Shown here: positions 33,940 to 41,796 of the stretch, piece after piece
Layout: each line of letters starts with the position of its first letter
Numbering within the stretch: the stretch's first letter is position 1
DNA from: a virus
Lineage: Duplodnaviria > Heunggongvirae > Uroviricota > Caudoviricetes
IMG/VR virus record: IMGVR_UViG_3300022697_000186
Location: 1-45,090 of that record
Reading direction: 5' to 3' (one strand)
Length of the DNA stretch: 45,090 bases
Made by a program: the position numbers and the translations under genes
Notes under the pieces: generated by a model
Seen by the model: the letters and a program-made list of their open reading frames with translations, nothing else
Told to the model about the DNA's origin: nothing
Databases searched by the model: none

Positions 33940-34287
33940 ATGAAAATTCCATTGTACATATTAGATGAAAATAAAAATGTAGTGAAATGTTCTGTTGAAG
34001 ATTTTGAAAAATGGGTATCTATTCCCGGTAATAAAATAATTAAACAAGAATATTGTAGGAATTTTAAAATTTCAACTGTATTTTTAGGAATGGATCATAG
34101 TTATAATTCTAATATTAGTTTATGGTTTGAAACTATGATTTTTAATGAAAATGATCAAGATGTATATTGTGAAAGATATACAACATATGATCAAGCTGTT
34201 GAAGGACATGAATATTCAAAACGTGCATTTTTTGAGGATATAACTAGTATGATTAAAAATTGTAAATGTAAATTAAGGATAATATGA
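33940..34287 (+). CDS. Conserved phage hypothetical protein
   Basis: ISTVFLGMDH...FETMIF....Y.TY.QA..GH pattern. Confidence 0.65.
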   Translation: MKIPLYILDENKNVVKCSVEDFEKWVSIPGNKIIKQEYCRNFKISTVFLGMDHSYNSNISLWFETMIFNENDQDVYCERYTTYDQAVEGHEYSKRAFFEDITSMIKNCKCKLRII

Positions 34288-34568
34288 CATTAAAATTTAT
34301 TGGTGAATTAGTTTTAGCAATTAGAAGAAATGTAGAAAATGATAAAACTGTTATAAAAATAGTTGATGATCTTTGTCTTTTAGATGGTACCAAACAATTT
34401 AAAGATATAATAATAAAAATTAAAGAATCTTTAAATAAAACTTTAGAAAAATATAATAAAGAATCTGATGATAAAAAAATTGGAGAAGTTTTAATAGATA
34501 AAGGTTCTATCACGAAGAAAGAATTGAATGCTGCTTTAAAGCAACAGAAAGAAGATAAAAGTGATTAG
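34284..34568 (+). CDS. Small protein with MshEN-like c-di-GMP-binding motif
   Basis: KIGEVLIDKGSITKKELNAALKQQ fits RLGxxLLxxGLIxxxxLxxxLxxQ spacing. Confidence 0.65.
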   Translation: MTLKFIGELVLAIRRNVENDKTVIKIVDDLCLLDGTKQFKDIIIKIKESLNKTLEKYNKESDDKKIGEVLIDKGSITKKELNAALKQQKEDKSD

Positions 34569-35115
34569 TTTATATGATTTAAACAAACTATTAGAAGCTA
34601 CTAAATATGCGGCTGATAACCATGTAGGACAACAACGTAAAGACCCTAGAAATATTGCATATATAAATCATCCTATTTCTGTAATGGAGATACTTTCAAA
34701 TACAGGTGGAGTAGGAGACGTATCAGTTCTAATTAGTGCAGCTCTACATGATTTAATTGAAGATACTATTGTTACATATGAAGATATAGTAGATAGATTT
34801 GGTAAACATGTAGCTGATATAGTACAAGAAGTATCTGATGATAAATCTTTACCAAAAAGTGTAAGAAAAAAATTACAAATAGAGCATGCATCTAGTATAA
34901 GTATAGAAGCTAAATTAATTAAACTAGGTGATAAGATTAGTAATGTAAGAGATATTGGGGAAGCAGTACCAATAGGGTGGTCAGTAGAAAATACTAATAA
35001 TTATATTGAATGGGCAAAACAAGTAGTATATCATCTTAGAGGTATTAATAAACCATTAGAAGATTTATTTGATAAAGTTTATAATATAGCTATAGATAAA
35101 CATAAAATTAAATAA
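34561..35115 (+). CDS. HD-domain (p)ppGpp hydrolase, Mesh1/SpoT-HD-like
   Basis: H.GQ.RK, YINHP..V, AALHDLIEDT, LIKLGDKISN. Confidence 0.85.
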   Translation: MISLYDLNKLLEATKYAADNHVGQQRKDPRNIAYINHPISVMEILSNTGGVGDVSVLISAALHDLIEDTIVTYEDIVDRFGKHVADIVQEVSDDKSLPKSVRKKLQIEHASSISIEAKLIKLGDKISNVRDIGEAVPIGWSVENTNNYIEWAKQVVYHLRGINKPLEDLFDKVYNIAIDKHKIK

Positions 35116-35119
35116 ATCT

Positions 35120-35198
35120 ACCGAGGTGGACTAACTGGATAAGTCAACGGTCTTCTACACCGTATATCATGTGGGTTCGAACCCCTCCCTCGGTTCCA
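35120..35198 (+). tRNA. trnR: tRNA-Arg(UCU)
   Basis: ACCGAGG/CCTCGGT, A20 in D loop, ACGGT-CTTCTAC-ACCGT, CCA. Confidence 0.9.
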
Positions 35199-35218
35199 TT
35201 TAATTTAAAGGATTTATC

Positions 35219-35449
35219 ATGAGATTAGAATATAAAGCAGAATGCGTAACCCCACCAAGCTGGCGTACATGGGTAGATGGTTATTATCAGACACTAGAAA
35301 AAAATGCTTACAATGAAAAATCCCACAGAATGATATTTTCTCATTTAATTATAATGAAATTAATTCAACAAAATAGACAACCTTGTGGTATAAAAGCAAA
35401 AGAATTTTATTATGACTGTAAATATAAAATTTTAAAGAGTTTAATATGA
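35219..35449 (+). CDS. Hypothetical protein
   Basis: RBS AAGGA. Confidence 0.5.
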   Translation: MRLEYKAECVTPPSWRTWVDGYYQTLEKNAYNEKSHRMIFSHLIIMKLIQQNRQPCGIKAKEFYYDCKYKILKSLI

Positions 35450-35554
35450 TAAATCCTACTAATAAAGATATTGGTAAGAAAGTAATTTATATACCAAGTC
35501 ATTGTAAAAATAAGATGCATAATATTATAAGTAAATCTTCTTTTCAATTAAAAG

Positions 35555-35911
35555 GTGATTGCTGGTATAATGATGGGTATAATAAGAACAATTAATTATG
35601 GTAACCTAAATATGTATAAACCCGAAGGTAAATTAGCAAACACATATGAGTTATTAAAAAATGTTGGAACTCTTAAAAAAGGTACAATGTTTAAAGTAAC
35701 TGATACAGTATCTACTTCATATGGTCATGAATTTGTATCATATAATTTTGGTGTTAAGTTTTATGAAGAATTTATGATTGATAATAAATTGTTATTCGCT
35801 CCAAGAAAAGATTTAGATGATATGGATGAAATTATAGAAAATATTACTGATACTAATAATGATGATTTAGTAACACAAGATGATTTAGATTATTTATTTG
35901 GATTAAAATGA
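35555..35911 (+). CDS. Hypothetical protein with CheZ-like C-terminal peptide (start possibly 35612)
   Basis: Ends DLVTQDDLDYLFGLK; paralog of next gene. Confidence 0.6.
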   Translation: MIAGIMMGIIRTINYGNLNMYKPEGKLANTYELLKNVGTLKKGTMFKVTDTVSTSYGHEFVSYNFGVKFYEEFMIDNKLLFAPRKDLDDMDEIIENITDTNNDDLVTQDDLDYLFGLK

Positions 35912-36249
35912 AAAAAGATAAAAGAACTAAAGCATATGAATTAATAAAACCATTTGGTAATATTAAACCAGGAACTATATTTAAAAGGACTTATCAATTT
36001 GAAAGTAGTAAGTTAGGTTTTAGTTATAGAGCTATTGATATAAAATCATCTATAATGATAGATGAAGCATTTTTAATTATAAATAAGGAATGGTTTAGAC
36101 CGCGTCCTGATTTAGATGCCATGGAAGAAATTATAGAAAATATTACTGATAAAAAAGTATCAAAAAATCGTAATACAAGTTCAATATTGTCACAAGATGA
36201 AGTAGATGCCTTATTGAGTGGATGTAGTATAAATGAATATGAAGATTAA
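35908..36249 (+). CDS. Hypothetical protein with FliM-like CheY-binding peptide
   Basis: Contains SILSQDEVDALLSG near the C-terminus. Confidence 0.65.
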   Translation: MKKDKRTKAYELIKPFGNIKPGTIFKRTYQFESSKLGFSYRAIDIKSSIMIDEAFLIINKEWFRPRPDLDAMEEIIENITDKKVSKNRNTSSILSQDEVDALLSGCSINEYED

Positions 36250-36264
36250 TTAAAGGAGCATTAA

Positions 36265-36603
36265 TTGAATAAAATTAAATTTACAAATATAAATTCCAAT
36301 TCTATAAAAAATCATGAATGTATTATGGTAGATGTAGATGAATCATTAACATTCTTTGAATTAAAAGATTTTAAAGAAAAAGGGAATATGAATTTAGTAG
36401 AAATACTAATTGATTGGAAAAAAGATAATAGAAATAAGGAATTAATTCTATTCAGTAGAGAAGGTAGAAGGCATGCAATGAGGGTTGCTATAGAAATGGG
36501 ATTAGATGATACAGTTGATAAATATTTTAGTAAACCTTCAATTATTATTGGTGGAGAACCCTTAATACCTACAAAATCTAGAGTAAATCAAGCGATTATT
36601 TAA
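36265..36603 (+). CDS. HAD-like hypothetical protein
   Basis: IMVDVDES motif I-like, LILFSREG motif II-like. Confidence 0.45.
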   Translation: MNKIKFTNINSNSIKNHECIMVDVDESLTFFELKDFKEKGNMNLVEILIDWKKDNRNKELILFSREGRRHAMRVAIEMGLDDTVDKYFSKPSIIIGGEPLIPTKSRVNQAII

Positions 36604-36929
36604 TCTTTAGATTTCTTTTTAGGTTTTTTGGTTTTCTTTTTAGTATACTTACGTTTCTTTTTAATTGATTTATGTTGAATTTTTCTTTCGTCTATTTCAC
36701 CAGCAATAAACATTGAAATTGGAATAGATAATAACAAACCTATAATAGGTATTACAGATAAAAAACAAAAGAAAATAAATCCAATTTTTATTTCTTTATC
36801 ATTATTTTTATATTCTGGATCTACTCCAATTCTAAATAATCTATTTACAAAATAAAACATGGTCAAAGACATGAGTACTTGGAACTCATAAACAGTAGTC
36901 AATATTAAATCTATACTTATTTCTTGCAA
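36600..36929 (-). CDS. Membrane protein with basic tail
   Basis: Own RBS AAGGAG and GGACAAA motif on the minus strand; TM segments. Confidence 0.7.
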   Translation of the reverse strand: MQEISIDLILTTVYEFQVLMSLTMFYFVNRLFRIGVDPEYKNNDKEIKIGFIFFCFLSVIPIIGLLLSIPISMFIAGEIDERKIQHKSIKKKRKYTKKKTKKPKKKSKD

Positions 36930-36945
36930 TTAAAAATCTCCTTAT

Positions 36946-36964
36946 ATTGTTTAAAGTTTGTCCA
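36946..36964 (-). promoter_or_regulatory. GGACAAA promoter-like motif
   Basis: Reverse complement TGGACAAACTTTAAACAAT before RBS. Confidence 0.6.
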
Positions 36965-36992
36965 ATTTTACATATAAAAATCAAAGGTAATT

Positions 36993-37328
36993 ATGAAAAT
37001 ACAAATATTTAATTATAACAGCTCTCCGTTTAATTTTTCTTGGGATTTAGATAATCTTAAATCTAAGAAATTTAAAATTAAAAAAATAGAATTCGAAGTG
37101 TTTGATATTGAGGTTATATTAACTAAATTTATTAAAGATTTAATAAACTTAGATAATGATGATTTAAATTATTTATTATGGAAGTGGACTGATGTTAATT
37201 TAAAAGGTAAAATTAATAATAGACTTATTAAAGACACCAATTCGGTTTCTATAAATGATTATAACAATATAGATAAAGATATTGATATATTCTTAAAGAA
37301 AATAGAAGAACCAATTGTTAAAGTATAG
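36993..37328 (+). CDS. Hypothetical protein
   Basis: RBS AAGGT. Confidence 0.55.
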   Translation: MKIQIFNYNSSPFNFSWDLDNLKSKKFKIKKIEFEVFDIEVILTKFIKDLINLDNDDLNYLLWKWTDVNLKGKINNRLIKDTNSVSINDYNNIDKDIDIFLKKIEEPIVKV

Positions 37329-37341
37329 GATAAATAATTAA

Positions 37342-37623
37342 ATGATGTTTTATTTTAAACCCTACTTTAATTTATCAGTTAGATCATGTATTTTTAAATT
37401 TGATTTAAATTCTAGTCCTGAGAAATTATTTGTTAATGATTTTAAATTTGATTGTGCATTAACTACTTTAGCAAGAACAACAGAAGAAGGTAAATCCATA
37501 TTTCATTTTAAAGGACCAGAAGCAGTTTTAGAACATGTTATGTTAAGGTATGTACCAGAAGGAGTAGAATTATCAAAGTTTTTAATAAAATTAGGAGAAG
37601 TATATGATAGTAATGAACGGTAG
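37342..37623 (+). CDS. Hypothetical protein
   Basis: RBS AGGA. Confidence 0.55.
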   Translation: MMFYFKPYFNLSVRSCIFKFDLNSSPEKLFVNDFKFDCALTTLARTTEEGKSIFHFKGPEAVLEHVMLRYVPEGVELSKFLIKLGEVYDSNER

Positions 37624-38119
37624 TGTTTGGGATGGTCTTAATTCAGTTGATGCAATTTGTATAATAACAAATGGTGCAACTAAAAAAGATGGTTCTAATG
37701 TAATGGGTGTAGGTACTGGAAAAGAAGCTAAAGATAAATATCCAGGAATAGAAGATAAGTTAGGTATGTTAATTAAAACAAATGGTAATATACCCCATAT
37801 TATAAATGATAATCCTGTAATAGTTAGTTTTCCAACTAAAACTACTAATAAAAAACTTATAGATCCTGGTTCTGAATTAGTACCTGGACTTAAAGCTATG
37901 GAAGATAAAAAGGTTGGTGATTGGGCACCAGGGTGGGGTTGTAAATCTGAACTAAAAATTATAGATAATTCTGCAAGAGAGTTAGCTGCTTTAGCTGATG
38001 CAAAAGGTTGGACTAAAATATTATTACCTATACCAGGTGATGGTGAATTAAGTTGGGAAGAAGTACAACCAATACTTGATAGTTATTTAGATAGTAGATT
38101 TAGATGTTGTAATAAATAA
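37604..38119 (+). CDS. Macro-domain-like ADP-ribose-binding protein
   Basis: AICIITNG..K.DG..VMG.G..KEA...YP, IVSFPTK, ILLPIPG.G.LSWEEV.P.L pattern. Confidence 0.65.
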   Translation: MIVMNGSVWDGLNSVDAICIITNGATKKDGSNVMGVGTGKEAKDKYPGIEDKLGMLIKTNGNIPHIINDNPVIVSFPTKTTNKKLIDPGSELVPGLKAMEDKKVGDWAPGWGCKSELKIIDNSARELAALADAKGWTKILLPIPGDGELSWEEVQPILDSYLDSRFRCCNK

Positions 38120-38166
38120 AAAGAAGTTATTTTAAGAAACTGCAGTTAATACTATAGGAATAATAA

Positions 38167-38364
38167 ATGCGATTTGAAATGAATATATCATTGTTTGATA
38201 CAACACAATCTAAATCTTCAGAATTTTATAAGTATCATATAATGTTAACTTCAATAAAAGTTCAAAAATTTGATCTTTTTAAAACTGATTCTTTAACAAT
38301 TAGATTAGGTCGTAATAAATTTGAGGAATCTTTCATGAGATTTTTAAAAAGATTGGAAAAATAA
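38167..38364 (+). CDS. Small hypothetical protein
   Basis: RBS AGGA; coupled array. Confidence 0.5.
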   Translation: MRFEMNISLFDTTQSKSSEFYKYHIMLTSIKVQKFDLFKTDSLTIRLGRNKFEESFMRFLKRLEK

Positions 38365-38546
38365 TGAGAATAGAAACTAGACTAATTACAAAAAATAGTT
38401 GGCATATATTAGCTTATAAAAATAGAAATAAGGATCTTCAGACGAAAATTCTTAGATTTAGAGTTTTAATATTTAAGTTAGCATCTGGGTGTAGATCAAA
38501 ATTACATGAAATTTTAAACAGACCAAATTTGTTATCAATTTTTTAA
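38364..38546 (+). CDS. Small hypothetical protein
   Basis: TAATG coupling. Confidence 0.5.
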   Translation: MRIETRLITKNSWHILAYKNRNKDLQTKILRFRVLIFKLASGCRSKLHEILNRPNLLSIF

Positions 38547-38869
38547 TGAAATTATCTGTTGCTGTTTCATCAGAAATACATCCTTGGATAACTTTACAAT
38601 GGATTAATTCTCTCAATTATTATACTTACAATTGGAGTACTGGTGAAAAAGAATTACCATTATCATATGGTCCTTTAGATTACACCAGTTATAATAGACA
38701 TATCCCTGGACCAATAATAACTAAGAATGATTCACCTTATTATCATTTGTCAAGTATTTTTAAAAAATGTAGATCAAATAAATATGGACCAAATTATTCT
38801 TCTCAATTAGAATTTAAAATCTTAGAGAATAATGATAGCTTGTCTGAATTTTTAAAAAAATTAATTTAG
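38546..38869 (+). CDS. Hypothetical protein
   Basis: TAATG coupling. Confidence 0.55.
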   Translation: MKLSVAVSSEIHPWITLQWINSLNYYTYNWSTGEKELPLSYGPLDYTSYNRHIPGPIITKNDSPYYHLSSIFKKCRSNKYGPNYSSQLEFKILENNDSLSEFLKKLI

Positions 38870-38880
38870 GAAATTTAATA

Positions 38881-39135
38881 ATGACACTTTATATAGAAGT
38901 AGAAACTTCTAAATTTTTTGAGGACTTGGATAAATCAATTCCAAAATTTAATGTATTGGAAGTTGATGAAAATTCAATAGAACAAACAAATTTAGATTCA
39001 ATGCATGGTCTTATTCAATTTACGTCTAAATCTAAAGTAGATATAGATAATAAAATAATTAATAATATTAGAAGTAGTAGAACTTTGTTAGAAGAGTTTA
39101 ATTTTAATAAAATAATTAATCTTAACGATTCATAA
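38881..39135 (+). CDS. Hypothetical protein
   Basis: RBS AGGA. Confidence 0.5.
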   Translation: MTLYIEVETSKFFEDLDKSIPKFNVLEVDENSIEQTNLDSMHGLIQFTSKSKVDIDNKIINNIRSSRTLLEEFNFNKIINLNDS

Positions 39136-39592
39136 TCATATCAAGACGACCTAAAGATTGCTGTAACTTTTTAAGTTCTTGTTTGAACTTAGGAAGTTTT
39201 TTTGCAATCCAACTTATACATCTATTTTTATTTAAATTGTTACCGCACATTTCTTCTGGGTCAGATACTTCTAGTATTTTAACTAATTTTTCGTAATATA
39301 CTAATTGAGATTTTAGAAGACATAATGTGAGATTAGGGTTATCAGCTAATGTTGCACCCCCACTAGGGTCACCTGTAGCTACATTAATAGACATAGATCC
39401 CCCAGCTTGTAGTGGATATGCTTTTTTACAGGCTCTGATATTTAATGTATAGTCTGCTTTAATTGTTCTAAACTTAAGACTTTTAGGGTCACCAAATTCA
39501 AAGAATCCTCTTATTGCTCGTATGATATCCATAAAACCCTCATTAAGTTCCTTTAGTTCAGCTTTAATAACATACTCTTCAGATATATACAT
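39122..39592 (-). CDS. Hypothetical protein, possible late/virion protein
   Basis: RBS AGGAG and GGACAAACTATAAAT motif on the minus strand; acidic leader ending LNE. Confidence 0.75.
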   Translation of the reverse strand: MYISEEYVIKAELKELNEGFMDIIRAIRGFFEFGDPKSLKFRTIKADYTLNIRACKKAYPLQAGGSMSINVATGDPSGGATLADNPNLTLCLLKSQLVYYEKLVKILEVSDPEEMCGNNLNKNRCISWIAKKLPKFKQELKKLQQSLGRLDMIMNR

Positions 39593-39609
39593 TCAAACTC
39601 CTACAAATG

Positions 39610-39628
39610 ATAATTTATAGTTTGTCCT
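39610..39628 (-). promoter_or_regulatory. GGACAAA promoter-like motif
   Basis: Reverse complement AGGACAAACTATAAATTAT. Confidence 0.6.
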
Positions 39629-39719
39629 AAAAACTCTATCTAAGGAATAAAAATCGTAGTTAAAAATGTATAAAAAACTTAAAAATATAATCAATAATTG
39701 TTTTAAAATGGACTAAAAT

Positions 39720-39965
39720 ATGATATTAAATGTGATAAACAATGATAATAAAATAGGTCCTATAGGTGAGAATATACGCTGGACTATTTATAATTGGGAT
39801 AATTATCGTGATAATGATATAATAGAAGCAATGTCCAGAATAGAACTTTTATGTATGTATATTGATATGGATTTATATTATAGAATATGTCCTGATAAAA
39901 AAGTGCAAACCACTAGTAATTTAATTAGTTGGTTATTTAAGATCAATGGGGTTACTAAAATATGA
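39720..39965 (+). CDS. Hypothetical protein
   Basis: ORF in coupled array. Confidence 0.5.
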   Translation: MILNVINNDNKIGPIGENIRWTIYNWDNYRDNDIIEAMSRIELLCMYIDMDLYYRICPDKKVQTTSNLISWLFKINGVTKI

Positions 39966-40144
39966 TTTTAAAACTTAATACTACAAGTGGTTGGAAAAAG
40001 ATAGATGAATCTGAGCATTATTTATATTTTTTATCTTATATCGATGGAGAACAATATAATGAATATTTAGAAGGACAACTTAATGTGACAGTAAAAAATA
40101 TAAACTATATTTTTAAAATGGATGAGGTAGAATATGAAAATTAA
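39962..40144 (+). CDS. Hypothetical protein
   Basis: ATGA overlap. Confidence 0.5.
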   Translation: MILKLNTTSGWKKIDESEHYLYFLSYIDGEQYNEYLEGQLNVTVKNINYIFKMDEVEYEN

Positions 40145-40394
40145 ATTAGACTTTATAACCAATTCTAGTTCTTCTAGTTTTATAATCAAATTAAAAGATC
40201 TTAATGGTCTACAATTACATCAAATATTGGAGAATGATTATAAAGATCAACCATATCAAGACCCTTGGAAAATATCAATACATGACAAACAATCTGTAGT
40301 TGAAGGACAAACAAGTATGGATAATTATGATATGACAGAATTTTTAGATAAAATAGGCATACCTGATAAATTAATAAAATGGGATAAATACTAA
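40134..40394 (+). CDS. MKIKLDF(I/V)TNSSS-family protein, paralog 1
   Basis: N-terminus MKIKLDFITNSSSSSFII; RBS GAGG. Confidence 0.7.
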   Translation: MKIKLDFITNSSSSSFIIKLKDLNGLQLHQILENDYKDQPYQDPWKISIHDKQSVVEGQTSMDNYDMTEFLDKIGIPDKLIKWDKY

Positions 40395-40690
40395 TGCGTC
40401 TCAAAGTTAAAATGGAATTAAAAATACAACCTTATTATAATTCTAAAGCATCACTACGAAAGTATCCAAAATGGTTAACATTAAATTATCCATTTAATGA
40501 TCCTGGTGAATGGAACAATATTCCAAATATTGATAATCCTAATAAAGAAATAAGTCAAAAAGTATGGGAAAAATTTCGAAGAGATTGGGAGAATCATAGA
40601 AATTTATGTAGACTTAATAAATATATGAGAAATCAACAAGCATACATGATGGATACTGCATATAAAAATAATATTATAAATAAATTTTAA
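40394..40690 (+). CDS. Hypothetical protein (M.LKVKMELK leader)
   Basis: TAATG coupling. Confidence 0.55.
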   Translation: MRLKVKMELKIQPYYNSKASLRKYPKWLTLNYPFNDPGEWNNIPNIDNPNKEISQKVWEKFRRDWENHRNLCRLNKYMRNQQAYMMDTAYKNNIINKF

Positions 40691-40702
40691 ATAGGTAGTA
40701 AA

Positions 40703-40930
40703 ATGAGATTCAAAATATTAAATTACAAGAGAATATATATTGATATAGATTTAGAAGTAAATATAAGAAATAATTTTCCTAGAATTTTTGGTAATTTTTA
40801 TACTCAATTAAGATCTGGTTCTTCAGTACCATCTAAATGGGTTTTTATACGTAGGGGATTTAAGTGTTGGAATGGTATATCTGAACAATTTAATTATAAT
40901 CCTATAGATTTATTTAAAGATTTAAAATGA
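40703..40930 (+). CDS. Hypothetical protein
   Basis: RBS AGGT. Confidence 0.5.
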   Translation: MRFKILNYKRIYIDIDLEVNIRNNFPRIFGNFYTQLRSGSSVPSKWVFIRRGFKCWNGISEQFNYNPIDLFKDLK

Positions 40931-41163
40931 GATTATTAATACCTAACTACTGGGAAAATAAAGATAAATCTTTATATTTTGAAGGTATCTTAGTAACAGA
41001 TGAAAATCCATTTGATCCTAAATTAAATAATGACGAAATAGTATCTTTATATTACAGTGAAGAACCATCTGGAATTGTAGAAGTTACTTATTTAAAAGGT
41101 TATATCAGAGAACATAAGAATAATAGATCTTTAAATAAAAAACAATGGGAGATTTTTAAATGA
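40927..41163 (+). CDS. Hypothetical protein
   Basis: ATGA overlap. Confidence 0.5.
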   Translation: MRLLIPNYWENKDKSLYFEGILVTDENPFDPKLNNDEIVSLYYSEEPSGIVEVTYLKGYIREHKNNRSLNKKQWEIFK

Positions 41164-41561
41164 AAATTAAATTAGATTTCGTAACTAACTCTAGTAGTAC
41201 ATCATTTATGATTATTGGAGTTAATGATAAAGATATAATTAATAAAATTATGGAAGCAGAAAATGTAAGACTTGAAGATGATGATGATTATGATAATGGA
41301 ACATATGTTAATGAATCAACTGGTAAAGATGGTAAAACACTTTTGGATATGAATCATGGAATATCACCAGGTGAACATGTATCATTTTATGGATTTTATC
41401 ATACTGTATGTTATGCAGGTGTTGATGCAGAGAATTTATTAGAAGATAAAAATTTAAAAGAAATTAGAGATGATTTTAAAGACATGATAAAAATAGAATT
41501 AAATGTAGATATAGATGTAAAAGATATAGACATTCATTATGGTGAAGTTGGAGACGGTTAA
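41160..41561 (+). CDS. MKIKLDF(I/V)TNSSS-family protein, paralog 2
   Basis: N-terminus MKIKLDFVTNSSSTSFMI. Confidence 0.7.
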   Translation: MKIKLDFVTNSSSTSFMIIGVNDKDIINKIMEAENVRLEDDDDYDNGTYVNESTGKDGKTLLDMNHGISPGEHVSFYGFYHTVCYAGVDAENLLEDKNLKEIRDDFKDMIKIELNVDIDVKDIDIHYGEVGDG

Positions 41562-41785
41562 TGCTACTAGTAGTTAAATTAAAATATAAGAATAATAAAA
41601 TGTGTTCTTTAGTATTTCCTCTAGCTGATAAAGCATTAATTGATGAATATAGATATTATTCACATCAATTAGATAAAAAAACTAGAGATATAATATATGG
41701 ATTTATAACTTATCCAGGTAGACCAACTAGATATAGGTCTGACCAAAATAATAAAACAGAAATGTTTTTATCTAAATTAATTTAA
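41561..41785 (+). CDS. Hypothetical protein
   Basis: TAATG coupling. Confidence 0.5.
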   Translation: MLLVVKLKYKNNKMCSLVFPLADKALIDEYRYYSHQLDKKTRDIIYGFITYPGRPTRYRSDQNNKTEMFLSKLI

Positions 41786-41796
41786 TTGGAGATTTA

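Noticed and set aside
508-40404. Minus-strand shadow ORFs (508, 2580, 5939, 5955, 8851, 10822, 12438, 14695, 19606, 23961, 25531, 26692, 27899, 28862, 34253, 40201)
   Set aside because: Antisense to well-supported genes, with no RBS or recognisable motifs
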